Of a stretch of DNA of 64,000 bases, positions 26,081-39,297 are shown one piece after another. The position numbers were made by a program, and so were the translations under genes. Each line of letters opens with the position of its first letter. The stretch's first letter is position 1. The stretch covers positions 62,001 through 126,000 of the forward strand of contig MCFE01000195.1 in assembly GCA_002104905.1 (NCBI GenBank), written 5' to 3'. Under the pieces are notes generated by a model. The model saw only the letters and a list, made by a program, of their open reading frames with translations, was not told where the DNA came from and searched no databases. The DNA is from Basidiobolus meristosporus CBS 931.73. Lineage: Eukaryota; Fungi; Basidiobolomycota.

Positions 26081-27849
26081 GTCAATGATGAGCCTTCATG
26101 CAGATATATGGTCACTACGCATTAATGTAGCAGAATTGGATACCACAGAGAGCCAACAGAGATGGAAGAAACCAAGTAAAAAGCTGTAGCATGAGTTCTA
26201 CATTGAGATGCCAGTAGATGTATATCAAAAGATACATAACCAGACAAGTATTGCAGTCAAGAATGAGCTGAGAGTGAGGAAGTTTGATGAGGAAGGCATG
26301 TGCAAAATATTTGCATGTAACTTGCACAGTATGGGCAAGATGCATCTGTTTGTGCCTCAACTCTGGGAACAACAGAGATCTTGAATTAGCTTTTGCCTTG
26401 AATGACTAATCTACTACATGATATATTAGTAGAGCTGAGTGGCTTCCAAAAGCAATACACACAAGACTCATCAAGGTAACAGTTCCAAAGTATCAGACAG
26501 AGGGCAAGTGAGTACCTTGAGGGGTCAGAAGGCTTACAACAAGAGGAAGAATACAGACCTCAAGCAACTGCCTCTAGATTGTGCCAGCATGCCATGCTGG
26601 ATTCCTTACCATCTTCTGCAATGTTGGCATGCTGGCACATGTCAGTCCAATCTACACAAACTCCCTCACAAGAACACCCTTCATTGAGTCAATGTGTGTG
26701 AGATCAATGTAAGCAATGCAGAACAAAACCACCAGTACTCACCTAACTGCTCATTTAGAAACTAGTCCATTGGAGCAGGCCAAGTCATGTCAGCATGTAA
26801 CATCACATTGAACTCAGTTAAGAGCTATGCCAATGCATCAAGTTGTGTCTGCACATGCTGGCACACCTGAATATCAGCAAGTTACTTCTGATGAGCTCAC
26901 TGACAGTTACCTATAAGAAGTGCCCCCACCTCCAGAGACTTTAGCATAAGAAAAAATTAAAAGAATGCGTCAGCACATGGCACTTCAGGCTGGTTTGGTT
27001 ATGTAGTCTGGAGCAATTCAGCGTAGCCAAGCTCTAGCATTTCACTCATCAACTAAGAGACAAAATACTGACTACAAGTACACAAGTGGCTAAGATGATA
27101 GTCAACAAGGGAGTAGCTCAGGTGTGCAAAGTGAATCACTACCAAATGCCTCAGTAGTAATCCATGTGAGAGTAAATTCTAGGAGAATACAATGTGATTG
27201 CATTGAACTATTACCATTTATAAAGATCTAGATAACACATCTTTTTTTGCAATCCAGATTGTGCCATCCCAAATCAGTGATTACTAGATTTTTGTTATAA
27301 GTAATATCAAGGTCACCTTACATTTGCCACAGAGCCCCTATAATAAACACCCTGCAGATGTATATATAGTCTATAACACCAGTGCAGCTACTTGTTCTGA
27401 CTTGCACCTACACAATTGGTAGAATGCTTGCTATGACACCTTGTCAGATCACTAAGATCAAGGATTCACTTGCTTAATGGGGACAATAACTTTTTGGTGG
27501 CAATCATGTTACTTGTGTACTGGTCAATGAGCCATTTGGGGGTAAAGAGCTTCAGGATACTTTTTTACCAATCAGCCATTAACATACCATCCAAATGGAG
27601 TGATGGTAACCAAAATGGTGAGTATCAGTGAAATTTATACAGTGATAGGCATTTATTTTGATTTACATTAAAAAAATGTATTCAAATACTGATTTTTACC
27701 TAGCACAATAGGGGTATCCAGTTGCACATGTTATGCTAACATTACAAGTGGGTGTCATCATCTGTGCCAACCTCATTGTATCAGATTGTGCCATAGCATG
27801 CAAGATTGTCCCACATAGTGCAAAATTGTCTCACAGCAATCCTGCCTAC

Positions 27850-30800
27850 TGGTAGCTACAATACCGCACCTGATCATTCTTCACAACTGCGGATTGCACC
27901 ACACACCTTGGCATGGAACAAAGGAACAAGTCTAATTAGTATGTCTCCTACTACACTCTGTTTCCATGACTTTGGCAGGAACCCTACGGCTTTATGCCAC
28001 TGTGCATTCACCAGTTCTCGTACATCCTAGTCTTCAGCCAGCACTAAAAGGTCCAGAACTGCATCTGCCAGTCATTGCAACAAATCCTTGTAATATTAAA
28101 GTGCATTTTCTTGATTACTGCTGTAGAAGAAGTATTGACACCTCTTGGTATATCTATTGATGTCCCAAAATTCCACTGAAGGCAATGTGATAATCCTTTG
28201 AGTTCTTGACATCAATACTTAGTCTATTGGTGGGATCTCCACTGTGCCAACAATGGAGGAAATGGAGGCTGTTGAAGATAAATTGCCATCCTCTGCATAC
28301 TCCTCTACCTCACTGGGGTGTGGCCCAACTGCCTGCACTTCCTACTCTTGTGACAGCAGCTGTTTTCTTTTTGGTACTCAATGGCTATGATAAAATTCAA
28401 CTTGCTCTGGGCTTAAGGCGTTAGTTAGCAAGAACTACTCCTTCTTTCTCATGCTTCCCTGTCTCTGGCTTGGATAGACTTTTTCCCTTTGCATTTTGCT
28501 TATCAGCACCAGGTCTCTCACTACTATTTTATCTGAGTGCTTTTGTAATGAACTATATCTTATCCTTGATAAATGTTGTTCTGATGCATTTTTTTTGGCC
28601 AGCTTGTCCCTTGCAGGCACTCTGTGGTCAATCTGACACTTTGTTCATGCTTATTTAGAGCTCTCAGCCCATGCTGTGATAGGCTCCTGAGGTAGCAACA
28701 GGCTTTATCACTGCCAGGTCCTTCAGTGCTGTATTGACTGTGTGCTTCTTGAGAGGAAGTACACTTCTCCCTTAGTAAATGTTGTGCTGGTGTATCTGTG
28801 TCTGCCTGCTTTCCTTGTATTAGCACCCCCTAGCTACCTGATGTCTCTTTGCTGCTTGTTTGAAGCTTTTGGCCCTAATTGTTGCTAGCTCTGGAGGAAG
28901 CTGCTGGTTTTTGGCCAATGCACCCTTGTTCTTCTGCCTTTAGTAGTTTCTGCTATCCTTGAGATACTCTCAAAGCATACCTATGCTGGCCCAAAATCAA
29001 TTTGCTAGTTTGCATCCAGGATAATGCTCATTAAAGAAGTCAAGCAAATTCTGCTTGGCCTTTAGTTCCTGATGGTCCTATGGTATGCAAGCCTTAGATG
29101 TTGGCATGTTAGACTTCTAACAGCTTCTTGAATATTCAGTCCAGTCCTCCTCATTGCACTCAACAACTTCACAGATCTTCAATGCCATTTGATTTTTAGG
29201 CTTTGGTATAAGCCCTACATAATCTCTGCCTCATGCTGTAATTGGGTTTTCTGTGAATCTCATTGTTGCACACTGTTGTTGTGCCTCAAAGACTTTACAT
29301 TGTTCCCCTGCTATTGCATCAAGATATGGCTGAGCTCTTGGCTGTGACACTAAGCTACTTGAACTCCTTCTTTGCAGCAAAGATATTGCTTTCTTAAGCT
29401 GGGATATTGACTGCTCTACACTTATTATCTGTACACACTGTCTTAGGACTATTTCATGATTTCCCTGGATTATTTCATCTATCCTATCAGCCACTGCACC
29501 TGGTTGCCTATTAATGCTTTGGTATAAGCTGGCAACATACTTGTTGATACTGGTGGTGGTGATTTTATGATAGCCACATGGTGGTCTTCAACTGAAGATA
29601 CTACCTTTGATACATACTCTTCTGCCTCAGCATTATGGTCAGCTTGCAGCTCCACAAAAATTCCAAATTGCCCACTTGACCAAGAGCCTGAGGAGGTTGC
29701 ATCATTACCTTCATTGGGTGCACTGTCAAGAGGGTCTTATTTGGTTGTATCCACTCATCTGGCACTGAACGTCAAAGTAAGCTGTTGTTCAAGTGCTCTA
29801 CTGCTGCTATCAGTGGTGAGGTTTAGCTGAGAGCAAAACAACTTTGTGTTATTTTTTGGTGGCAAATATATGGAAGTGTGTCAAGCCACAAGGGTAATAG
29901 TGTAACATCTGTTCTTCTGCTGCTGTCAGTGGTGGAGTTGGGTTGGGAACCAGACAACTTTGCCTTATTTCTTGGTGGCATATATATGGAAGTGAGTAAA
30001 ACTAAAGGGCAAATAGTGTTACATATATGTGGGTATATGGTGCCACAACTTTATTGAGAATGCTTACCATGGTGGGTAATCATTGAATCTTACACTCAAG
30101 TAGGTGCAATGTCTCATATACAAGACTGTCTTAAATTCACATGAGTATTAGCCAAAAAGTGATATAATAGTGTTACATTGTTGAAGGTCAAACTGTTTAC
30201 CCTGTGGACAACACTTCTTTGATTCAATGCCATAAAAGTAGAGAAAAAAACCATGTGGCTATTGTAGCAAGCCTCTCAGTCATAAAGCATAAAGACACAA
30301 TAGGAGGTATTACAAGGATCACAGCCAGTGCTTTGCCACACAAGTCATATTTGACAAGTCATCAGTCACTACTGTGCCAACATTATCTGACCAGTCAGTT
30401 GATACTTCTATATGGGCACCTGACCATTGTGGAAGGGTAAAAATACCTCCCACAGACAAGTTTATACAGATAGCTGTTATGATGCACTTATCCGTATTTT
30501 ATCTTGTCAGTATTATCCCTTTCTTCTTTTGGCCATATTATCAGTATTTTCCCCATATGATATTTACCCTGATTAGTTATTAGCATTAGTTATCCCAGAT
30601 GTTATTCAGCTTTGCAATCAGTCTATGTATCTACATTAGGCAAATACCCGCATCAATATACATAAGAAATGACCTAAGTTTGTGTTACCATCTAAGCTAG
30701 AGAAGTAGAAGCTTTTACCATAGTGACATATTGACAAAGACACCAGCAGCTTAGACCCAGAGGTTATTGCACCCATCAGACATCTTACACACCTTGAGTA

Positions 30801-31134
30801 GTGTAACTTCTCCCAAGAGTACCTCTACACCACCATATTGTCATTGTAACCTTGTACAGATTGAGTCAGGTGTGTATGTGATGCCTTTAGGCTCACCTCA
30901 GCCTTCTCTATATGGCATGCAGAATGATAGCTCTGACAAAGAAGTCTTATTGAAGGACTGTGAGCCTATCCCCCCTAACAACAATACCATGCATGAGCCC
31001 AGTCAAATCTCAATAAGCTATGAGAGAGCACCCATTGCAACAAATGCCAAGGATACATTATGGAGCCAAATGAGCCCAGTAATTCATCCACTGGTGAATG
31101 ATGTAATGCTGTGGCTAGAGAAGTGGCATGTTTC
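27850..31134 (-). mobile_element. Inverted copy T3 of the CMC-like element (R relic, spacer, transposase start)
   Basis: Reverse complement is collinear with about 21975-24590. The transposase start (VNDVMLWLEKWHVS, + strand) is cut at 31134 by G3. Confidence 0.85.
30428..30837 (+). repeat. Internally deleted solo LTR, distant relative of the CpG-site LTR family
   Basis: Starts TGTGG and ends CACCACCATA. Shares ATTAGGCAA.TACCCG and CCAGAGGTTATTGCACCCA with 34948-36021, and is absent from the homologous T2 position. Confidence 0.6.
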
Positions 31135-34100
31135 TGTTATGATCTGCCACTTGTATATTTAAGTTAGATCAGTTGTTAGTCAAATCAATTAGTTATAGGT
31201 TTAAGTTATCAGTATATCAGTATTATCTATCAAATCAGTAGCATTAGTCTGCAAATGAATCAGCAGATCCTTATTAGACAGAAATAGATATAATAGGTAG
31301 GATCTTATTGGGTGATAATGATGCAATCAAATGAGTCATCAGCCACAGCCTACATTGGGAAGTACAATTAGTCAGCAATTGATCTGGCAAAATGTATATA
31401 AGGAGCTGCTGGAATCTCAATAAAGATCAGTTCAAGTTTTAGTAAATACAATACTAGCTAGACTCCCTAGTCCTCTACAACTCTTATACCAAGACTTGTA
31501 TCATTGGTAGCAGCAATAATCAGAAACATCCCCCCTGAAGAAAGAAGAAGCCTCCCTCAAGATGTCCAAAAATCAAGAATAGAAGAATGCTATGCAACAA
31601 GTCCTGGCTCAGCAGCAACAGTTACTCCAGACCCTTAGCCAGCAGCAACAAGGAATGACTACCATGGCCCAAAGCCAGCAAAACCCTGTCAAGAGCAACT
31701 TTAGTGTGAAGGTCAACTGGTACCATGGCAGAGTCAATGAGAATGTGGGAACTTGGCTCTTCCAGATTGAAGAAGCTTTCAAGGCTAAGGGAATTGCTCC
31801 AGAAAGCAAGTTACATTATGCAGCCTCTTACCTGGCAAACACAGCTTTACAGTGGTACCACAACAAGATCAGGTCAGCCACCATGATGGGATGCTCTACT
31901 ATTTCTACCTGGGATGAGTTTGTGTTGGAAATTCTGGATGTCTTTGAGCCCCCACACCAGCAGACACTACTAAGAAGAGAGTTGAAGACACTCAGGCAGA
32001 AAGGAATGGTCCAAGAGTACATCTATGAATATAGATGTCTACTTGGGCAAATTGAAAGAATGGACCCTCTGGATCAAGTTGAATACTTTATTGATGGGTT
32101 GAAAAAAAGAACTTGTAATGAAGTGAATTATCAAAGACCTCATACTATTGAAGAAGCCATCAAGATTGCCATTGACTATGACTCAGCTATGTTTGGAGCT
32201 GGGAAGCCCACAATGACTAATCACAGAGGCTACAATCACTATGAATGAAGACAATTAGAAGCAGTGCCAATGGAAATAGATGCTATGCAGAAGGATCCTA
32301 CCTCAGACAAATGTAAGAAGAAAGGACTTTGCTTCAATTGCCACCAGCAGGGACATATTGCAAAGTACTGCCCTCAGAGAAGAAATGGACACCAGCCATC
32401 AAGAACCTTTAACCATATTGAAGACATGGAGCATAGTAACATGGAGGATGAACTTCAAGAAGACTCAGAACTCACCTTCCATATGACTGAAGAATTCCTA
32501 TCCCAGATGACCACAAACTCAGGAAAGCTATTATACTTGAATGGAGTAATCAATGGAGCACCTGCCATGATCATGATTGACTCAGGAGCATTGCATGAGT
32601 ACATGTCAGAGCAACTCAATTTGAAAGCTGGAATCAACTCAGAACCCACCAAATCAACTTCAGTCTCAACAGCTGATGGGAACTCTCACATAATCAACCG
32701 TATTACTCAGCCAGTAAGGATGAAGATCAATGACTATGAAGAAAATCTACAGGCCTATATATTTGGGAACTGCAAGTTTGACCTTGTACTTGGGAAAACC
32801 AGGCTATTTTATTGTAATCCATCAATCAACTGGACAATCATGCTACTCAGATCCAGAAGCACAACAAGACCTATGAGCTATTACCTGCCAGACTGGATTT
32901 TAACTTGGTCAATTCCAGTGTGTGTGAAACAAGTGAACTGAGCAAGGCACAGTTCTGTAGGGCACTAAGAAAAGGCACCCAGATGTTCCTGATGGCAGTA
33001 TTACAGGAGAATTCCTCTACTCCAGTACCCCAGAAGGTCCAGACTCTTTTGAAAGAATATTCAGACGTATTTCCAGAAGAGCTTGCAAGCCTACCACTAG
33101 TCAGAGACATGGATCATGCCATTGAAGCAGGAGATAGCCCTCCAGTGAGTAATACACCTTACAGAATGAGTCCATTGGAGTTGGAAGAGATGAAGAGACA
33201 AATAGTTCAGTTACTGGAGCAAGGATAAATCCAACCCAGCAAGTCACCTTGGGGAGCACCAGTACTTTTGGTGAAGAAGAAGGATGGAACACTTAGCATG
33301 TACATTGACTACAGAGCCCTAAACTCAGTTACTGTGAAGAATAAATACCCCATACCTTGGATTGATGCGCTCTTGGACCAACTCAATGGAGCCACTATTT
33401 TCAACAAGATTGACCTCATGTCAGGATACAACCAAATCAGGGTGAAGCCTGAAGACATCCCTAAGACAGCATTCAGAACCAGATATGGACATTACAAGTA
33501 CTTAGTCATGAGTTTTGGCCTCACCAATGCCCCTGCAACATTCATGACCTTGATGCAGACTGTCTTCCAGGAGTACTTAGACAAGTTTGTCATAATCTGC
33601 CTAGAAGATATGTTGATATACAGCAAGACAGAAGAGGATCACTTGGTGCACACTGAAAAGGTCTTGAAGAAGCTAAGAGAGAACAAGCTTTATGGCAAGT
33701 TACCTAAGTGTGAATTCTTCAAGGAACATGTTGAATATCTGGGACACAGCGTGACTAGCACAGGAGTAACCTTAGACCCAAAGAAGGTTGAAGTTATCAA
33801 GAATCTGAAGCAGCCCCATAGCATATCAGAGCTCATATCATTCCTTGGAATGGTTTACTATTATTGGAGATTTGTCAAGTCCTTTGCAAGTATTGCAGCC
33901 CCTTTAACTGATATCCTCAAGAAAGACAATACCTACAAGTGGGACATAGCTTGTGAAACTGCCTTCCAGACACTCAAGAATGAACTTGCTAAGCTGCCAA
34001 GCTTAAGAATACCTGACTTCAGACAAGAGTTTACTCTGTGCACAGATGCTTCAGATTACTCAATTGGTGGAGTGTTGAGCCACAAATACAAGGGAAAGGA

Positions 34101-34947
34101 CTACCCCATTGCCATTGAATCCAAGAAACTGAACTCAGCAGAACAAAACTATCCAGTGCATGAGAAGAAGATGCTTGCTATAATACACTGTTTGAAGACA
34201 TGGAGATGCTATATTGAAGGAGTCAAATGCACTGTAAAGACTGATCATGCCTCCCTCAAGTATATATTTACTCAGAAGGTACTCTCTAGAAGAATGACAA
34301 GATGGAGTGAATACATTCAGCAATTTGATTTGGAGAGAGTTGTCTACTGCCCTGGAAAAAACAACACAGGATGAAATACTCTACTGTGAATTGTTGATGG
34401 AAGCCCTATTGCCTATTGCCCGTATGTTTCTTGCCTGGATTTAATACATAAGCTAGACAATGGATATAAACATCTTGGAATTGAAGGAACCTATAGCCTT
34501 GTGAAAGCCAGAGCATGGTGGCCAAGAATGAAACATGACATTGAGAAGCTAGTGAAATCATGCCCAAATTGCCAAATCAACCAAGGCCAACCACAGAGAA
34601 TTGCTGAACTCTTTCCCTTGGAGCCTGTTAGACCATTTGAAAGATGTGGAATTGACTTTATTGGAAGACTGCCAACTACCAGGAAATGCAACCATTGGAT
34701 CCTAGTAGCAATTGACTATGCCACTAAATGGCCAGTGGCTAAAGCTGTACTTATAGCCAGTGAACAAGAGGTTGCAAGTTTCATCTACCATGAGATCCTT
34801 ATGAAGTTTGGATGCCCAGTAGAGATTCTATCCAATAGAGGTGCAAACTTTATGGCAAAGACATTGGAAGCTTACCTGGAAATGCAGCAGATCAAGCACA
34901 TGAAAACCATGGCATATCACTCCAGAACTAATAGAGTCACTGAACGG
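31135..34947 (+). mobile_element. Degenerate, 3'-truncated gypsy G3 (G1 family)
   Basis: 5' LTR 31135-31503, PBS TTGGTAGCAGC at 31504, broken gag-pol ORFs 31592-34947 homologous to G1. Ends inside integrase with no 3' LTR. Confidence 0.93.
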
Positions 34948-36021
34948 TGTAGTGAGGTCACAGTGACACCAACTGACAGATGTGCTCATTCACATATTTT
35001 CTACTTCCCTATATCTCTACTACATTTATTTTAGTTTTATCCCATTTGTCTTACCCAGATCAGTACTATCCCATAAGCCTGGTTGGCTATCACACCTGCT
35101 TACCTTATTGCATAAGTTACCCCTCACTTTATGTAAGATTACTAGCTATAAGTACTTCTATATTAGGCAAGTACCCGTGCCAGTACCCGTAACACATGAT
35201 CAGCCCGTGTCACCATCCCTACCAGCTCTCATACCGTATATGGTATCCCCATGTTACACAGGTTTCAGAATACTGATTCCTGATTGGTTGGATGTGCTGT
35301 GCCTCTTAGAACCTTCCAGCACCTACTTAGAACATTCTTAGGTCATTCTGATGTCATTAAGATATCTATTGAACATCCGGAACCTTCTGGAACACCATGA
35401 TTAGTAATCACTTAGCCAGTGAGAAAAGTATACAAGGGAGGCTATCCTCAACAATAAATCATCATCCCTTTTATCAATATACCAACTTGTTGATTAGTGT
35501 GATCACTGCTACCTGCTGCTACCTGAACTTCCAACCCTAGACCACAGGACACTCCCAGGAAACCGCGCTGACAGCCAACTGACCTTGGAGGCACTACTTG
35601 TGAGGAATACTCAGAGTAGGTATCTTTTATTATATTTGATTCTTTCCCAAGTTTGTTCTTGTACAGGCAAAGATACTTTTCTGTCTTTGTAACTATTGAC
35701 CAAAGCTGCATTCTTATCAAGTCCCTGCTGGTGGAGTTTACAGTTGTTTTGACTTTGGAAGCTTTAGTACATTGTCATCTCAAAGGACGCTGAACCCAGC
35801 ACATACTTTTGTTAAGACACCAACTAAGTTGGGGATTGTAGCTCAATAGTTTTCCCTTGACAAGCTTGTGGCTTTATTCCCCTTCACATTAGATTAGAGA
35901 CAGAACCCAAGTATTCCTAGCAAGCTTTTGCCAGAGGTTATTGCACCCAGTGAACACCCCACACACAAAACACTTGAGAAGTGTTGGACGTATCTCTCCC
36001 TTGGACCTATACACCACCACA
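34948..36021 (+). mobile_element. Full-length solo LTR (1074 bp), CpG-site family
   Basis: TGTAGTG...CACCACA. Termini confirmed by copy 52855-53412, which has a TSD. TATA-like and AATAAA motifs near 35430-35460. Flanks ACGG and CCGG do not match. Confidence 0.85.
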
Positions 36022-36391
36022 CCGGAAGGTTCTAAGAGGCACAGCACATCCAACCAATCAGGAATCAGTATTCTGAAACCTGTGTAACATGGGGATACCA
36101 TATACAGCATGGAAATGGTAGGGATGGTGACACGGGCTGATCATGTGTCACGGGTACTGGCACGGGTACTTGCCTAATATAGAAGTACTAATAGCTAGTA
36201 ATCTTACATAAAGGCGAGGGGTAACTTATGCAATAAGGTAAGCAGGTGTGATAGTCAACCGGCTAATGGGATAGTACTGATTGGGTAAGACAAATGGGAT
36301 AAAACTAAAATAAGTGTAGTAGAGATATAGGGAAGTAGAAAATAAGGGAATGAGCACATCTGTCAGTGGGTGTCACTGTCACCCCACTACA
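36022..36391 (-). repeat. Truncated opposite-strand copy of the same LTR
   Basis: Reverse complement matches 34948-35318. Inserted in copia gag at ACGG (read on -) and cut at CCGG by the copy on its left. Confidence 0.88.
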
Positions 36392-37028
36392 CCGTTTTTG
36401 CTCTTGAGCATTGAATTAGCAATTTGTTCTTGACATTAAGGCAAATGCAGTTAAAGGCACTTTGTTCTTTCTTCTGGTACTTTAAGGCTTCCTCTCCCAT
36501 GTTTTTAGGAGGGCATTCTTCTCCTATGACAATATCCCAAAGGCCTTTTCTTGTAGCAGCATCTTCATCTTCACCTTCCACACTTGGTAGTTAGAGCCAT
36601 CCAACTTTTTGGAAGAGGGAAAAATTCCAGTAATAGCAGTAGTAGACATTGCAGATAGTGACAGCTTGGGGCTCATAACCTGTTGTCAGAGTCTTGGAGA
36701 TATTGGAAGTCATTGGGAGAACAAGTAGATTATATGGTTTTCACTTAATGATTTATTAATGTAAAAGTAGTATTTATACTTTTACCTGGTCTTGGCATTA
36801 CAAACATGTAGAATAGATTAAGGAAGGTCCCAAGAACATGTGTGCAAAGTTTGGGGCTGTTTGGACAACTTTGAGAATTTTCATGTTCTGGGTACCTGTT
36901 ATTTTGGTGAAAATATTCTAAGTAAATCCTGACAAGGAATCTGGTCAGTATTCTCTAGGATTTGAAGGTGATGATCTAAGCAACTAAGTTAGGTGAATAT
37001 TTAGATGGAAATACAAATTTTTACAACA
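36392..37028 (-). mobile_element. Copia C remnant: 5' LTR, PBS and start of gag
   Basis: LTR 36681-37028 (348 bp), PBS 36668-36680, gag fragment KGLWDIVIGEECPPKN. The rest is missing. Confidence 0.92.
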
Positions 37029-37271
37029 GTTGAGAATGTAGCAAACACAGTACCCTCCACTGAAGATCAGCAAGTGGCTATGATAACATCACCACCACCC
37101 ATATTAGCAAGTATGTTGTCAGCTCATACCAAAGCATTAATGAAGAAGTTAGGTGTAGTGGCTGATAGGATAGATGCCATGGCCCAGAGATATCAGGAAA
37201 TAGTCCAGAAACAGGATGAGCGGATAAGATGTGTAGAGTAATCAATATCCCAGGTAGAGAAAGCAGTATCT

Positions 37272-38111
37272 GTGCTGCAAAGAAGAAACTCAAGTAGCTC
37301 AATGACACAGCCAAGAATTGAGCCATTTCCCAATGTAACAGCAGAAGAACACCATAGAGTCTCTGAAGCACAACATCAGTGCCCAAAGATAAAGCCCACA
37401 GAAAAACCTATCACAGTGTGGGAGGGAGACAATGTGGTGTTTATACCAAAGCCTAAAAATCAAAAGACATTGACAATTGAAGAAGCTGTTGAGTGCAATA
37501 ATGAAGAGTGGGCTAATACACAAGAGGCTGTTAAAAGTCTAGCACACCATCACCTTAAGGCTGGCATACCATGGGACCATCAGGAACTCAAGGCCAAACA
37601 GAATACACTTGACTTGTTCTATGAGCATTATCCCGGACTCAAATGGGCAAACAAATTTTGGGCCAGAATTGGTATGCTAAGAAAGTATCTTAAGAATAGC
37701 AGAAATTATCAAAGGCAGAAGAGCAAGGGTGCCATGGCTAAAAACCAGCGGCTTCCTCAAGAGCCTGTTACAAGCATGGCCAAAAGCTCTAGACAAGCAT
37801 CAAAGAGATGTCAGATAGCTGAAAGAGTGCTAATTAGGGACAAGCAGGCAGACACAGATGCACCAGCACAACATTTATCAAGGAAAAAGCATAGTACCTC
37901 TCAAGAAGCACCCAGTCAAAGTAGCAATGAAGGACCTGGCAGCAATAAAAACCAGCCGCTTTTACAGGAGCCCATCACAACTATGGTTGAGAGTTCAAAA
38001 CAAGTGGAAAAGAAATGTCAGGTTGCCAGAAGAGTGCCTGCAAGGGACAAGCAGGCCAAAACAGATGCATCAGAGCAGAATTTATCCAGGAGAAAATGTA
38101 GTTGTTTATAA
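37272..38111 (+). CDS. Best-preserved segment of the uncharacterised ORF R (copy T4), 279 aa open
   Basis: Open frame with a helical-looking core (WANTQEAVKSLAHHHL...YPGLKWANKFW..ML.KYLKNSRNYQR) and two 69-aa repeats spaced 207 bp apart. Probably part of a larger decayed gene. Confidence 0.55.
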   Translation: MLQRRNSSSSMTQPRIEPFPNVTAEEHHRVSEAQHQCPKIKPTEKPITVWEGDNVVFIPKPKNQKTLTIEEAVECNNEEWANTQEAVKSLAHHHLKAGIPWDHQELKAKQNTLDLFYEHYPGLKWANKFWARIGMLRKYLKNSRNYQRQKSKGAMAKNQRLPQEPVTSMAKSSRQASKRCQIAERVLIRDKQADTDAPAQHLSRKKHSTSQEAPSQSSNEGPGSNKNQPLLQEPITTMVESSKQVEKKCQVARRVPARDKQAKTDASEQNLSRRKCSCL

Positions 38112-38202
38112 GAAGCACTCAGACAAAGTAGCAGTGAAAGACCTAGCAGTGATAAAGGAAATGGTAAAGGGAAAAATGTCTACTCAAGCCTGAGACAGGG
38201 AG

Positions 38203-39297
38203 TGTGGTAATGGAAAGTATTCCATTACTACAATATCTCTAAACCAATATTGCACTCATTTCTTTATTTTGCTTTTTGCTATCATAACACACAAGCAAAA
38301 GATCAAGAATTTCCAACTTTGAAGAACAAATGCTCCAGACCCTGACAAGCAATCCACCCAAGAATATTATGTCATACAGAACACATAGTAGCCAACACAT
38401 GTTTCAGATTACAGCTCATTTGAAGCAGTACTTAAGGAGTTATGACCAAAATAGTCCAATTACTATATATACTATGCCTTATTGCTAGGATTACTATGGT
38501 GACTTTGATTGCATGTAACTTATGAACCAGCCAACCAAATCACGTGAAATTTTCACAGGTGCTGCGCCTATGTTTGATCTACGCCACTGCATATTTTAGC
38601 TTTGTTTCACATGTATAGTGTGCGCAATTGCCCAAAAACTTTGATCCTTCAAAATTTTCATATATATGACTTCCCCAGCTGAAAAATAAAGGAGAGCCTC
38701 ACTTTCCAGAATCTCCACTCTACAATTACAAGTTTAAAGGTTATAAGACTTCCCTTGCATCACTTGCACTGTTGAGTATTCTGACTTTGATCAGTACTAC
38801 ATCAGTAAAGAGACTGCAAAGCTCACAAGAATCCAATCTAAGTTCTACAAGAAACTACCACCTTTCTGTTGGAAAAGTCCCCTCCAAGAAACCCCTTTAC
38901 TCTAAAGACACCCCTTTAGACACCCCTTTAGGTCTAAAGACCCCTTTAGAGACTTCTACAACACACCCCTTTAGGTTAAAGGGGAGTTCAGAATTTCCAT
39001 ATCAGGAAATATTTACTCAGAAAGGAAAGTGACTTCCAAATAAGGAAAGGTTACTATAAAAGTAAATAAGCCCATTAGTCAACAGAAGGTCAGAACACTG
39101 CTGTAGAAGTGATAAACACTGCCTACAGTATATTTTGAGCCTAAGATTGAGGAAATTAGTGAAAACTATTTCTTCTATTGGTATATCAGACTCCCAATAA
39201 ACTATTTCAGTATTAGCATACTGGAAGTTGTTGTATATTGTTGATTAGCCTCTACATTGTAGAACAAGCTCCAAACTAATTGTAATACAACACAACA
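38203..39297. mobile_element. Solo LTR (1095 bp) of another family
   Basis: TG...CA ends, 4-bp TSD GGAG, and it interrupts R copy T4, which resumes collinearly at 39298. Confidence 0.8.
38890..38985 (+). repeat. Short degenerate tandem repeat (CACCCCTTTAG)
   Basis: About five CCCCTTTA units with short irregular spacing inside the solo LTR. Confidence 0.75.

Noticed and set aside
26400-27800. Possible second ORF or terminus of a DNA transposon (CACTG-like motifs near 27625-27645)
   Set aside because: No matching opposite terminus, TSD or protein motif found.
34948-36391. 370-bp inverted repeats suggesting a TIR transposon, foldback element or DIRS retrotransposon
   Set aside because: Copy 52855-53412 defines a TG...CA unit with a 4-bp TSD. 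The inverted arms are one LTR inserted into an opposite-strand sister, and no tyrosine recombinase is visible.
37272-38111. R as the Myb/SANT partner protein of the Harbinger transposase
   Set aside because: It lacks the Myb/SANT tryptophan spacing and is consistently linked to the CMC transposase instead.
38890-38985. Repeat cluster as a CRISPR array
   Set aside because: Units are 8-12 bp with short irregular spacing, lie inside an LTR, have no cas genes nearby, and the context is eukaryotic.
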